64,000 bases of DNA from Prevotella sp. (GTDB taxonomy: Bacteria; Bacteroidota; Bacteroidia; Bacteroidales; Dysgonomonadaceae). The stretch lies in NCBI GenBank assembly GCA_031285625.1, contig JAITVV010000092.1, positions 32,001-96,000 on the forward strand, given 5' to 3'. Shown in pieces: positions 29,023-39,537 of this stretch. Within the stretch, counting starts at the first letter, position 1. Every line of letters begins with the position of its first letter. A program made the position numbers and the translations under genes. Below the pieces are notes generated by a model that saw nothing but the letters and a program-made list of their open reading frames with translations, did no database searches and was not told where the DNA came from.

Positions 29023-31992
29023 TTATTTAGCCACGTCAACAACTTTATCTTGTTTTCTCTTCAGCATTGCCCAAGCAACAGGGGTTGCAACAAACAAAGA
29101 TGAATATGTACCGATAATGATACCAATAAAGATAGCAAATGTAAAGCTACGGATAGTATCACCTCCCAACAGGAAGATAATAAATACACCTAACAAGGTA
29201 CTCATAGCTGTATTTACTGTACGGCCTAATGTCGAGTTCAAAGCTTCATTTATAGTCTCTGTTACATTTCTCTTCGGATAAGTAGTTCTGATTTCACGAA
29301 TACGGTCAAAAATAACAACTTTATCATTGATAGAGTAACCTACTACTGTTAATATCGCAGCGATAAACGACTGGTCAATTTCCATTGAGAACGGCATGAT
29401 CTTATAAAGAATAGAATACAATAGGATTACAACAATAGCATCATGTGCCACAGCAACCAATGTACCTACCGAGAACGCCACATCGCGGAAACGAATCAAT
29501 ATATATAATCCCATACATAAGATAGCGAAAATAACCGCTATCGATGCAGATTGTTGTAAATCTTCAGCTACACTCGGTCCTACACGTTGAGAACTGATAA
29601 TATAGTTGTCAATTGTTGTACCAGGAGTAAGATCACTTTGCAGTGCTTTAGTCATCTTAGCTCTGATCTCAGCTTCTACATCATCTCCTGTCTCTTCTAC
29701 CTTGTAGTTAGTAGTAATACGTACCTGACTGGAAGTAGATGCCTGACTGGCAGAACCACTGGTCAATACAAGAACAGTTGATCCTTCAAATTCAGGTACT
29801 AATAATTTCTCAACTTCATCAGCATTTACATTTTTCTCAAAACGAACCAGATAGTTACGTCCTCCTGTAAAATCAATACCCCAGTTCAGGCTATTGATAA
29901 ACATTGAAGCAATACCGGCAACCGCAATAACAGCTGTAAGAATAAGAATTTTCTTTGTCAGACCCAGGAAGTCAATCTTGGTATTAACAAACAAGTTTTT
30001 AGTTATAGGAGTTGTAAAAGTCAGATTTCTGAATTTACCTCTGTTCAACATGAAATCGTAGAACAAACGGGTAAGGAATACTGCTGTAATAAATGAAGCA
30101 ACGATACCAATAATCAATGTGGTAGCAAAACCTTGTATAGCTCCGGTACCAAATATAATTAATATAGCCGCAGTAATTACAGAAGTTAAGTTGGCATCAA
30201 AGATAGCCGAAAATGCATGCTTATATCCATCCATTATAGCCACTTTAGTATTCTTTCCGGCACGTAATTCCTCTTTTGCACGTTCATAGATCAATACGTT
30301 TGCATCGACAGCCATACCCAGTGATAATACCAACCCGGTAATACCTGGTAAAGTCATTACAGCGCCAAATGATGCAAGAATACCCATCGTGAAGAACAGG
30401 TTAAGTAATAACGCACCATTTGCAATTAATCCAGGAATCACACCATATGCAAGACACATATATGCCATTACTATAATAAGGGCAAGAACGAATGATATCA
30501 TACCAGCCTGAATAGCTTCTTCTCCCAAAGAAGGCCCAACAATATCTTCCTGAACGATACTTACACCGGCTTTCATTTTACCTGACTTCAAGACATTTTC
30601 CAAGTCTTTTGCATCATCTACAGTAAATCGCCCTGTAATTTGAGAACGTCCCCCTTCAATTTTATTTTGCACATTCGGAGCAGAGTAAACAGATCCGTCA
30701 AGGACAATTGCAATGCTCTTACCTATTTCAGATTGTGTAATTGTAGCCCAACGCTGAGTTCCAGTAGAGTTCATTTGCATATCCACTTCCCATGCAGCAC
30801 TATGTTGTGACTGATCAGCTTTAGCTGAAACAACAACTTCTCCATCCAATGCTGCACCCTTCTTCAATCCGTCACCACGAAGAGAATATAGAGCAAACAA
30901 TGTTTCTCTTGGATCTTCAGCTTTAAAGCCCCAAGCAAATTTCAGATCGTTTGGATATAGATCCCTATATTTATATAAAATAGTATTTATTGCAGCTGTA
31001 TCATTCTTATTTACAAATCCGACTATAGATCCGCCAACAAATGTGTTAAATAAATCCCTGAAAGATTTATTAAAGCCTAACTTAGCCGGCACACTCGCTT
31101 TTAAAGAATCAACAACAGGAGTTCCTAAAGAATCGGCAGCAACAGTTGCAGAATTACCAACAGCAGCTAAAGCTTCTTTAGAGCGTTGATCTAAAGCCTC
31201 AATATAGCCTTGTATTTCCTGTAGGTTATAGGTTTTCCAAAATTCAAGATTTGCACTACCTTGTAATAGCTTTTTCACACGCTCAGGTTCTTTAATACCC
31301 GGCAATTCTATCATAATACGTTCTGCACGGTCTAACTTTTGAATATTTGGAGCAACAACCCCAAAACGGTCGATACGTGTACGAAGTACGTTGAACGAAT
31401 TATCAGCTATACTTTGTAATTCTGTTCTAAGAACACCTACTACTTTATTATCATCATCTGTTGGAGTAATCTGATCTCTCAATTTAGTTGTAAAAATAGG
31501 TGCCAGTTTATTATTCCCGTTATTAGCTTTGAACTTATCAACAAATATAGTGATATAGTCACGGTTACTACCTTTCCGGTTTTCATCCGAAGCTTGATTT
31601 AGAGCTGTAATAAATGCGTCATTATCTTCATCACCAAGTGAACGAAGTACAGCAGCAGCATCTACTTCCACGATAACACTCATACCACCTTTCAGGTCAA
31701 GTCCCAGTCCTATTTCTTTTTCGCGACATTCCTTAAGGGTATATCCTATACTGTCGTTTCTGATAGGCCAAACTTTCTCTGTAGACATTGAGTCCAGATA
31801 GCGATTGTATTCTTGATTGTACAACTCTTCGTACAATTGTTGATTGTCTTTTGCATGCTCCGAAGCATATGCAGTTGCAAATTTTTCTGCTTTACTTTCA
31901 TAACTTTTGGTTACAAATGTAAAAGACAAGTAAAATAAGCATACTACTGTAAGGAGTATGGCAAATGTCATTACAAAGCCTTTGTTTTGCAT
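29023..31992 (-). CDS. secDF: Protein translocase subunit SecDF (fused)
   Basis: LGLDLKGG, RIDRFGV, GMAVDANVLIYER, GIDFTGG and GYSINDKVVIFDRIRE. Confidence 0.97.
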   Translation of the reverse strand: MQNKGFVMTFAILLTVVCLFYLSFTFVTKSYESKAEKFATAYASEHAKDNQQLYEELYNQEYNRYLDSMSTEKVWPIRNDSIGYTLKECREKEIGLGLDLKGGMSVIVEVDAAAVLRSLGDEDNDAFITALNQASDENRKGSNRDYITIFVDKFKANNGNNKLAPIFTTKLRDQITPTDDDNKVVGVLRTELQSIADNSFNVLRTRIDRFGVVAPNIQKLDRAERIMIELPGIKEPERVKKLLQGSANLEFWKTYNLQEIQGYIEALDQRSKEALAAVGNSATVAADSLGTPVVDSLKASVPAKLGFNKSFRDLFNTFVGGSIVGFVNKNDTAAINTILYKYRDLYPNDLKFAWGFKAEDPRETLFALYSLRGDGLKKGAALDGEVVVSAKADQSQHSAAWEVDMQMNSTGTQRWATITQSEIGKSIAIVLDGSVYSAPNVQNKIEGGRSQITGRFTVDDAKDLENVLKSGKMKAGVSIVQEDIVGPSLGEEAIQAGMISFVLALIIVMAYMCLAYGVIPGLIANGALLLNLFFTMGILASFGAVMTLPGITGLVLSLGMAVDANVLIYERAKEELRAGKNTKVAIMDGYKHAFSAIFDANLTSVITAAILIIFGTGAIQGFATTLIIGIVASFITAVFLTRLFYDFMLNRGKFRNLTFTTPITKNLFVNTKIDFLGLTKKILILTAVIAVAGIASMFINSLNWGIDFTGGRNYLVRFEKNVNADEVEKLLVPEFEGSTVLVLTSGSASQASTSSQVRITTNYKVEETGDDVEAEIRAKMTKALQSDLTPGTTIDNYIISSQRVGPSVAEDLQQSASIAVIFAILCMGLYILIRFRDVAFSVGTLVAVAHDAIVVILLYSILYKIMPFSMEIDQSFIAAILTVVGYSINDKVVIFDRIREIRTTYPKRNVTETINEALNSTLGRTVNTAMSTLLGVFIIFLLGGDTIRSFTFAIFIGIIIGTYSSLFVATPVAWAMLKRKQDKVVDVAK

Positions 31993-32052
31993 TTTGGATT
32001 TTACTTTTTGTTATTTAAATATATTATTTCTATTTCGTTCAAAACTAATAAA

Positions 32053-32113
32053 ATACACACATACCTTAATTCCCCGTTTATAAAAATGAGGCTTAATCAA
32101 GGCATATGCACAC
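32053..32113 (-). promoter_or_regulatory. Long RNA hairpin in the secDF 5' leader
   Basis: 19-bp stem with 7 G-U pairs on the mRNA strand, followed by a U-rich run. Lies between the -7 element (32125-32132) and the start codon. Confidence 0.55.
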
Positions 32114-32124
32114 TTTTAGGCGTG

Positions 32125-32132
32125 CAAATATA
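32125..32132 (-). promoter_or_regulatory. Bacteroidetes -7 element for secDF
   Basis: TATATTTG on the minus strand. Confidence 0.65.
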
Positions 32133-32227
32133 ATCTTTTATTCTTTACAAATCATAATAAATATAAAGAAAATGAACTAATTTATAAATTCACAAACGAG
32201 CTAATTAAGAGGATATATTAACTACAA

Positions 32228-33877
32228 TTATTCCTGCTTCCTAATCTCTGCTCTCTTTATTTTTCCACTTATTGTTTTTGGCAGTTCATCTACAAATTCA
32301 ATGATACGCGGATATTTATATGGAGCTGTCACTTTTTTTACATGATCCTGTATTTCATGTTTAAGGTGATCGTTTGCTTTATCCTTATAGTCCTGGGCCA
32401 AAACGATAGTAGCTTTCACTACCTGCCCCCTTATCTCGTCGGGAACACCTGTTATGGCACATTCCACAACAGCAGGATGTGTCATTAAGGCACTCTCTAC
32501 CTCAAATGGCCCTATACGATAACCGGAGCTCTTGATTACATCATCCATACGCCCTACAAACCAGTAATAACCATCTTCGTCACGCCAGGCCATATCACCT
32601 GTATGATATACATTATTATAGTAAACCTGTTTGGTAAGAGCTTCATCGCGATAATATTCCATAAACAACCCTAAAGGTCTCCATCTATCAGTTTTGATAA
32701 CAACTTCTCCAACCTCTCCGTCTTCTACTGAACGTCCATCCGCCGCAATAAGGTCCATATCATATGCCGGATTAGGCACACCCATCGATCCCGGTTTAGG
32801 CTCCAGCCAAGGAAAAGTTATAATAGTAGGTGTAGTCTCTGTTTGACCAAACGCCTCCATCATCTTAATACCTGTTCCTTTATAGAAAGCATCAAACACA
32901 GATGGATTTAGTGCTTCCCCTGCTGTAGTTGCATACTTTAATGATGATAGATCATATTGGGCTAAATCCTCGCGTATCATAAAACGGAATACCGTAGGAG
33001 GTGCACAAAAAGATGTCACTTTATATTCCTGAATAAGATGTAGCATGGCTTGTGGAGTAAATTTCTCGTGATCATAGACCATCACGGCAGCACCTACAAT
33101 CCATTGTCCGTATAGCTTTCCCCACACAGCCTTGGCCCAGCCGGTATCGGCAACTGTAAGATGCAAACTCTCTTCATTCAGGTTATGCCAATACTTTGCA
33201 GTAACAATATGTCCCAAAGGATATACAAAGTTATGAATTACCATTTTGGGCTCACCGGTTGTACCTGAGGTAAAATATAATATAGAAATATCATCATTCG
33301 TATTTACACTTTCCGGTCTCACAAAAGGCTTCGCTTTTTCTAGCCCTTTATGAAAATCATCCCATCCTGATGGTATATTATCGCCACATGCAATCAGATG
33401 CTTTATTGTAGGTGATTCTGACATTGCATCGTTTATATGATTGATTACAATTTCATCATTTACACTGATGATTGCTTTTATATCTGCCGCATTGTTACGA
33501 TAAACAATGTCCTTTTTTGTCAGTAAGTGTGTCGCGGGAATGGCAACAGCACCTATTTTATGTAATCCGATAACTGCAAACCAGAATTCATAGCGGCGTT
33601 TCATGATCAACATTACCATATCTCCTTTTCCTATTCCAAGGGAAAGGAAATAGGATGCAGCCCTGTCACTTTGTTCTTTTATATCTGCAAATGTAAAATC
33701 AATATGTTCACCCTGATCATTAGCCCAACAGATTGCTCTTTTGTCAGGATTTGTTTTTGCCCATCCATCTACAACATCATATCCAAAATTAAAATTCTCC
33801 GGAATCTGTACATGATAATTATCGGCAAAATCTTTGGTTGAAGTAAAATGTGTTTGTTTTAAAAATCTTTCTAACAT
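32228..33877 (-). CDS. Acyl-CoA synthetase (AMP-forming, medium-chain/acetyl-CoA synthetase-like)
   Basis: FTSGTTGEPK, FGQTET, YHTGD, GYRIGPFEVES and LPKTISGKI. Confidence 0.93.
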   Translation of the reverse strand: MLERFLKQTHFTSTKDFADNYHVQIPENFNFGYDVVDGWAKTNPDKRAICWANDQGEHIDFTFADIKEQSDRAASYFLSLGIGKGDMVMLIMKRRYEFWFAVIGLHKIGAVAIPATHLLTKKDIVYRNNAADIKAIISVNDEIVINHINDAMSESPTIKHLIACGDNIPSGWDDFHKGLEKAKPFVRPESVNTNDDISILYFTSGTTGEPKMVIHNFVYPLGHIVTAKYWHNLNEESLHLTVADTGWAKAVWGKLYGQWIVGAAVMVYDHEKFTPQAMLHLIQEYKVTSFCAPPTVFRFMIREDLAQYDLSSLKYATTAGEALNPSVFDAFYKGTGIKMMEAFGQTETTPTIITFPWLEPKPGSMGVPNPAYDMDLIAADGRSVEDGEVGEVVIKTDRWRPLGLFMEYYRDEALTKQVYYNNVYHTGDMAWRDEDGYYWFVGRMDDVIKSSGYRIGPFEVESALMTHPAVVECAITGVPDEIRGQVVKATIVLAQDYKDKANDHLKHEIQDHVKKVTAPYKYPRIIEFVDELPKTISGKIKRAEIRKQE

Positions 33878-33923
33878 TACATATAGGAATTAGACGATTA
33901 GCTAATATGAAAATAATTAAAGC

Positions 33924-34484
33924 TTATAAAACAACTGCTATAAACTTTACTTTTTTGCCATCTAAGGCTTTCATACCATGAGGCAGGCCTGAATCGAAGT
34001 AGATACTATCCCCTTCTTCCAAAATCAAGTCTTTTCCATTTATCTGGAGCAACATGCGACCTTCCAACACAAGATTAAATTCCTGACCAGAATGTCTGCT
34101 ATGATGGATTTCCACATCATCCCCTTTAGGCTCTACTGTAACTTCAAATACATCGGCCTTGCGATTATTGAAACCTCCGGCTAAAGTCTGATAACTGTAA
34201 TCAGCTACACGGTTTACAGCCATCCCTTTTCCTTTACGTGTTAGAAAATAGCTGCTCATACGTGGTTCTCCATCAAACATAAGAACCGAAACATCAATAT
34301 TATGTTTTGATGCAATTCCTTTCAGCAGGCTTATAGTTAAATCTCTTTCCCCGGCTTCGTACCTAATATACTCATCTACCGGAATATCACAAGATGTGGA
34401 GAATTCTTCCACAGTCATATCCAGAGCCTCACGCAAGCCCTTCAGACGTTGACCTATTTGTTTCATATCTTCGTTCATATCCAT
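33924..34484 (-). CDS. XRE-family HTH/cupin transcriptional regulator
   Basis: IGQRLKGLRE HTH, with an H.GQEF and GDSIYFDSGLPHGM cupin domain. Confidence 0.9.
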   Translation of the reverse strand: MDMNEDMKQIGQRLKGLREALDMTVEEFSTSCDIPVDEYIRYEAGERDLTISLLKGIASKHNIDVSVLMFDGEPRMSSYFLTRKGKGMAVNRVADYSYQTLAGGFNNRKADVFEVTVEPKGDDVEIHHSRHSGQEFNLVLEGRMLLQINGKDLILEEGDSIYFDSGLPHGMKALDGKKVKFIAVVL

Positions 34485-34494
34485 CGGAATTATA

Positions 34495-35412
34495 TTATGA
34501 ATCTTTCTTCTTAGAAATATCAGTAAGCAACATCTGCATATTTTTTGGCACAGAACTCTTAAACTCTAACAGTTCGCCTGTTGCCGGATGCTTCAACGTC
34601 AGTTCGCCTGCATGGAGAGCTATCCGCTTTATAGGATTATTAGATGCTCCATATTTTTTATCACCTACTACCGAGTGTCCTATTTGTTGCATATGAACAC
34701 GAATCTGATTCTTACGCCTGGTTTCGAGATTAAAACTTAACAAAGAATAGCGGCCTATCGATTTTATTGTTTTATAGTGTGTTATGGACTTCAAACCTCC
34801 ATTATCTGTAGGAGATGACATCATTACAAAATTTTTATTCTCTGTCAACCATGAAGTTACTGTTCCATTTGATGGATTCGGGCGACCGTCTACTACTGCT
34901 ACATATGCATAATTAATTACTATAGCATCCCAGTTTTTCTGGAATATCTCTTGTAATTCCGGGTTTCTTGCAAAAATCATAAGTCCGGAAACTTCCCTGT
35001 CGAGCCGGTGCAGAACAAAAACCCGTCCGTTCTTATCTTTCTTTTTCACATATTCATTCAAAGCTTTAAAAACTGTGCGCGATTTTTCTTTATCTGTAGA
35101 TACAGACAGGAAACCGGCTTCCTTATCTACAACAATTATATCATCATCTTCAAACAGTATTTTTGCACCTTTCAGCTTCTTTTCTTTACGAGACTGGTCG
35201 AACTTCATCACCGAAACTTTATCTCCGGCTTTTAACTCAAAATCAAACTGGGTAACAAGCTTCCCATTCACCTTAATTTGCTTATGGGCAAGAAGTGACT
35301 TTACTGCATTACGGCTTTTACGCACCTGTTTCTCGATAAGAAAATCAAGTAGCTGAGCTTGCTGAATTACCTTGATTTCCTGAAGCGACTTATCCTTAGG
35401 ATTATTTCTCAT
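34495..35412 (-). CDS. RluA family pseudouridine synthase
   Basis: S4-like N-terminus, HRLDREVSG and RKNQIRVHM...GDKKYG. Confidence 0.93.
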   Translation of the reverse strand: MRNNPKDKSLQEIKVIQQAQLLDFLIEKQVRKSRNAVKSLLAHKQIKVNGKLVTQFDFELKAGDKVSVMKFDQSRKEKKLKGAKILFEDDDIIVVDKEAGFLSVSTDKEKSRTVFKALNEYVKKKDKNGRVFVLHRLDREVSGLMIFARNPELQEIFQKNWDAIVINYAYVAVVDGRPNPSNGTVTSWLTENKNFVMMSSPTDNGGLKSITHYKTIKSIGRYSLLSFNLETRRKNQIRVHMQQIGHSVVGDKKYGASNNPIKRIALHAGELTLKHPATGELLEFKSSVPKNMQMLLTDISKKKDS

Positions 35413-35436
35413 TTAGTTTTATGTATGAATAGAAAA

Positions 35437-35444
35437 CAAAGGTA
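35437..35444 (-). promoter_or_regulatory. Bacteroidetes -7 element for the rluA-xre-acs unit
   Basis: TACCTTTG on the minus strand. Confidence 0.6.
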
Positions 35445-35586
35445 AGTGTTTTTCTTTTATACAAAGAACTGAATTTACATTTTTACACCTCGCATATAAT
35501 ATATTCAAATTCTCTACAGATTTGCTACAGAATCGCACTTTATGTTTGCATTAGAAACAAGAACATGTTTTACAAAATATACAATT

Positions 35587-35901
35587 ATGAAAAAACTACT
35601 ATTTTTGGCTCTTTTGTCTATAACTATTAGTACAATCAGCGCAGAAAACAATACTATAGCAAAGGTTGAATGGAGTTACGGTTATCCATACAAAGGATAT
35701 AAAGGTAATATTGCACCCGAAAAACTACCAAAATCCATTCAAAAATATCTGAATGAAAATTATCCGGATCACTCTGTAATAGTATCTAAAAGAAAAGGAA
35801 ACGGTAATTATTTTGTAAAGATCAGATTTGGAGGAAACCAGTACAGATCATATTACAGAAGTTTGGTATTTGACAGTGAAGGTTCGGTAATAAAAGGCTA
35901 A
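35587..35901 (+). CDS. Small secreted protein, PepSY-like/BLIP-like repeat
   Basis: Signal peptide MKKLLFLA, then LPKSIQKYLNENYP...LVFDSEG. Confidence 0.7.
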   Translation: MKKLLFLALLSITISTISAENNTIAKVEWSYGYPYKGYKGNIAPEKLPKSIQKYLNENYPDHSVIVSKRKGNGNYFVKIRFGGNQYRSYYRSLVFDSEGSVIKG

Positions 35902-35932
35902 ACACACCTTCACAAACTACACAATAATAGAG

Positions 35933-35959
35933 ATGTCCGCGTTGATAATGCGGACATTT
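35933..35959 (+). terminator. Intrinsic terminator
   Basis: atgtccgc...gcggacat hairpin followed by T-rich sequence. Confidence 0.65.
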
Positions 35960-36034
35960 CGCTTTATTAGCCCTATCTAATCAAAGCATTACCGAATTAA
36001 CATTTATATTTTGTCTTTCACTGTATTTTATTCT

Positions 36035-36042
36035 TACCTTTG
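36035..36042 (+). promoter_or_regulatory. Bacteroidetes -7 element for the B12 operon
   Basis: TACCTTTG immediately before the riboswitch. Confidence 0.7.
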
Positions 36043-36047
36043 CACCG

Positions 36048-36331
36048 CTTTGTTTCGCTAACAGATTATTCTTAAAGATCTGTACGAATTAAAAGGGAAT
36101 CAGGTGAAAATCCTGAACAGACCCGCTGCTGTAAGCTCTTTTCAGTTAACAGTCATCAGTTAACAATATAGCTGAGAAAGTCTTTGAGTAAGAAAAGCCA
36201 CTGTCACAAACAGTAATCAGGCATCAGTGATCAGGCATCAACCTTTTGTTGATAACTGCTAATTGATAACTGTTAACTGACATAGATGGGAAGGCCGTTC
36301 AAAGACAGAGTAAGTCAGAAGACCTGCAAAG
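36048..36331 (+). ncRNA. Cobalamin (B12) riboswitch, enlarged
   Basis: AAAAGGGAATCAGGTGAAAATCCTGAACAG, CCCGCTGCTGTAA, GCCACTG, GGGAAGG and the B12 box AGTCAGAAGACCTGC, upstream of a btuB-like gene. Confidence 0.93.
36143..36280. repeat. Heptamer tandem/inverted repeat arrays (CAGTTAA-like) inside the riboswitch
   Basis: cagttaa-cagtcat-cagttaa, then cagtaat-caggcat-cagtgat-caggcat, then the complementary ataactg-ctaattg-ataactg-ttaactg. Confidence 0.8.
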
Positions 36332-36428
36332 TAGATATTCGGACAGCTTTCGAGGAATAAGGCTTAAGAAACAGTGTAAAGAATCTCCGTTCTTTTCTTT
36401 GTTCTTATCGAAAGCAATATAATATTGT

Positions 36429-38423
36429 ATGATGAGAACTTTTTTATTCTCCGTTTTATTCTTTTTTGTTATAGGATGTATTCCTTCACAGGCCCAGATA
36501 AATGATAGTATCAATGCTAAGAAACTATCTGAAGTAGAGGTATCTGCACATATCAAGCCATCTGTATCGCGCTCCACTACCCCATTGCAGGTAATAGATA
36601 ATACCGAAATGGAACGTATTGGAATATTATCGGTATCCGATGCGGTAAGACGTTTTTCGGGTGTCACAGTAAAAGATTATGGAGGCATTGGGGGTATGAA
36701 AACTGTTTCTATAAGAGGGATGGGCGCTCAACATACTGCTGTAAGCTACGATGGAGTAACGATGAGTAATGTGCAATCAGGACAAATAGACATCAGTAGG
36801 TTCTCATTAGATAATGTATCTATGGTAACACTCTCCATTGGTCAGTCTGACAATATATTCCAGCCTGCCCGATCATATGCTTCAGCCGGGCTGCTTGAAG
36901 TTACAACTGCAAATCCTCTTTTTTCGAATAAATCATATAATCTGAATGCCCAGATCAAAACAGGCTCATATGGTCTGTTTAATCCCACAATATATTATGC
37001 CCAGCGAATAAATAGCAAATTTTCAATTTCTTTGAACAGTGGCTGGGAAAGAGCTGATGGCAGATATAAATTTACATTCAAAAACGCAACACAAACAGAG
37101 GAACGTAAACGCAGAAACTCAGATGTAGATATCTGGAGAACGGAACTCAATCTCTATGGCAACATGGGAAAGGCCGGGGAATTAAGATTTAAGGTCAATT
37201 ACTATGATTCGGAAAGAGGGTTACCGGGCTCTATCATTTTTTATAAAGACGATAATGATGAAAGGGTTTGGAATAAAGATTTATTTTCCCAACTATTATA
37301 CAAAAACAAATTAAACGAGAAACTGGAAATAAAGGCACAGGCTAAATTTAGCCGCAACTATTACAAATACCTGTCAATAACAAATAATGTAGAGGGAGGC
37401 AAACAAGAAGACAGAATTACGCAGTTTGAATATTATGCTTCAGCAGGTGTTTTATACAGGCCACTGCAATACCTTTCAGTCAGTTTGTTTGAAGATGTTT
37501 TTCAGAATCGCCTGAATAGCAATTTTGCGGATGTGGATAAGCCCAAAAGGTTTTCATCTCTTACTGCATTGGCAGCCCAGTTCAACAACAAGCACTTAAC
37601 TATAACAGGAAGTTTATTAGCGACTTATGTAGACGAAAATGTAAAAGGTGAGGATGCGCCGGATGATAAGAAGAAGATCACTCCATCCTTAAGTATCTCC
37701 TATCTGCCATTCAATGAGACCAATCTTAGAATACGAGCTTCATATAAAAAGATATTCAGGGTGCCAACTTTTGATGATATGTATTATATACGCATGGGTA
37801 ATATCAATCTAAAGCCCGAATATGCTACACAATATAATATAGGATTGACTTGGACAGAAAAAATTTCTGACACATTCGATTTCATCAGCATATCATTGGA
37901 CGGATATAAGAATAAAGTGGATGATAAGATTGTACCATTTCCTACAATGAATATTTTCAAAATGAGAAATTATGGTAATGTGGACATGACCGGATTGGAT
38001 CTTAATACACGTCTCCATGCAGCACTTACTTCTGATATTTCACTCGATGTAACCGGAAACTACAGTTATCAGAAGGTTATCGATGTAACAGACAAGGATA
38101 GTAAAAACTACAAAGATCAAGTACCTTATACTCCGCGCCATTATGGTTCAGGCTCAGTAAGTCTCGAAAATCCGTGGATAAATTTTGCCTATACGGTTAT
38201 CATATCAGGTAAGCGTTATGCGTCAGACCAGAACCTTACCGAAAATGAAATAGAATCATATACAGATCATAGTATCTCTTTTAATAAAGCATTTACTATA
38301 AATAATAATCGTTTACGGTTACAGTTGAATCTGATAAATCTGGCAAATAAGAATTATCAAATCATCGAATATTACCCAATGCCCGGACGATCGTTTACTA
38401 TATCGGCAAATTATAATTTTTAA
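36429..38423 (+). CDS. btuB: TonB-dependent corrinoid receptor (BtuB-like)
   Basis: Plug VKDYGGIGGMKTVSIRG, NLKPE and the C-terminal YPMPGRSF...YNF. Lies under the B12 riboswitch. Confidence 0.85.
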   Translation: MMRTFLFSVLFFFVIGCIPSQAQINDSINAKKLSEVEVSAHIKPSVSRSTTPLQVIDNTEMERIGILSVSDAVRRFSGVTVKDYGGIGGMKTVSIRGMGAQHTAVSYDGVTMSNVQSGQIDISRFSLDNVSMVTLSIGQSDNIFQPARSYASAGLLEVTTANPLFSNKSYNLNAQIKTGSYGLFNPTIYYAQRINSKFSISLNSGWERADGRYKFTFKNATQTEERKRRNSDVDIWRTELNLYGNMGKAGELRFKVNYYDSERGLPGSIIFYKDDNDERVWNKDLFSQLLYKNKLNEKLEIKAQAKFSRNYYKYLSITNNVEGGKQEDRITQFEYYASAGVLYRPLQYLSVSLFEDVFQNRLNSNFADVDKPKRFSSLTALAAQFNNKHLTITGSLLATYVDENVKGEDAPDDKKKITPSLSISYLPFNETNLRIRASYKKIFRVPTFDDMYYIRMGNINLKPEYATQYNIGLTWTEKISDTFDFISISLDGYKNKVDDKIVPFPTMNIFKMRNYGNVDMTGLDLNTRLHAALTSDISLDVTGNYSYQKVIDVTDKDSKNYKDQVPYTPRHYGSGSVSLENPWINFAYTVIISGKRYASDQNLTENEIESYTDHSISFNKAFTINNNRLRLQLNLINLANKNYQIIEYYPMPGRSFTISANYNF

Positions 38424-38440
38424 TATAAATATTTATCAAT

Positions 38441-39529
38441 ATGAAAATGAATAAGCTTTTTTACATCTTTCTTTCTATCACATTAGTTCTAGGATTTGCT
38501 TCCTGTAGTGACGATGATGATTACCCTGTTGTCGAACCACCTTTGGTAGGTACAGGAGCATATATCTTAAATAGTGGAAAGAGTGGAGATAATAATACTA
38601 ATATTGCTTATTATGATTATGAAACAGGTAAGGTTACCTATGGTATATTCGAATCTATAAACGATAAGCAACTAGGCGACACCGGACAAGATATTATCAC
38701 GTATGGGGAAAGAACCTATGTGGCTGTATATGGTTCAGCTGTTATTTATGTCTTAGATAAAACAGGTAAAATATTAAGCACGATAGAATCGACAAATGAT
38801 GGTAAAAAGCAACAGCCAAGAAATCTGACCGCATATGATGGCAGGATATATGTAACATATTTTGATGGATACCTGGCAAAAATAAATCCCAGCACTTTGA
38901 AAATTGAAGCTCAGGTAGCCGTTGGCCGTAACCCTGAGTATGTACGCGCATCCAAAGGTAAACTATATGTTGCCAATTCCGGAGGTATGGATTATAATAC
39001 ACCTATAGGATATGATAAAACAGTTTCGGTAGTAGATGTTGCAACCTTTAAGGAAGATAAGAAAATAGATGTAGTCCTTAATCCTGATAAGATGGTAGTA
39101 GATAGTCAGGGAGACATTTATGTAATATCGAATGGTAACTATGGAGATATCCCAAATACCCTGCAACGTATAGATGCTAATACTCAAGAAGTAACTCAGG
39201 TAGGAAATGCAACCTGGATGACAATGTGTAATGATAAATTATATATCATTTATTCTCAGTACGATGCTAACTGGAATCAGACCATAACATATAGTGTATA
39301 CGATGCCATAAATGAGAAAAAAATAAGTGATAATTTTATTACTGACGGAACTGATATAGATAAGCCATATAGTATATCTGCCGATCCTGTAAAAAATTAT
39401 ATTTTCATTGGAACATCCAACTATACGACCAATGGCGATATGTATATATTCAGCACAGATGGGAAACTAGTAAAAAAAATTGACACAAACGGATTAAACC
39501 CTATTGTTGTTTGTGCTACTGTTAAATAA
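38441..39529 (+). CDS. btuG: Surface beta-propeller lipoprotein, BtuG-like
   Basis: Lipobox FASC with an acidic export signal (SDDDD), LGDTGQ and YVANSGG repeats. Lies in the B12 operon. Confidence 0.7.
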   Translation: MKMNKLFYIFLSITLVLGFASCSDDDDYPVVEPPLVGTGAYILNSGKSGDNNTNIAYYDYETGKVTYGIFESINDKQLGDTGQDIITYGERTYVAVYGSAVIYVLDKTGKILSTIESTNDGKKQQPRNLTAYDGRIYVTYFDGYLAKINPSTLKIEAQVAVGRNPEYVRASKGKLYVANSGGMDYNTPIGYDKTVSVVDVATFKEDKKIDVVLNPDKMVVDSQGDIYVISNGNYGDIPNTLQRIDANTQEVTQVGNATWMTMCNDKLYIIYSQYDANWNQTITYSVYDAINEKKISDNFITDGTDIDKPYSISADPVKNYIFIGTSNYTTNGDMYIFSTDGKLVKKIDTNGLNPIVVCATVK

Positions 39530-39537
39530 ATCTGTTA

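Noticed and set aside
36143-36280. Possible CRISPR-like array
   Set aside because: The units are 7-nt tandem repeats with no spacers, and no cas genes are present.
36299-36667. 122-aa minus-strand ORF over the riboswitch and btuB start
   Set aside because: It is antisense to a well-supported riboswitch and CDS, and has no recognisable motif.
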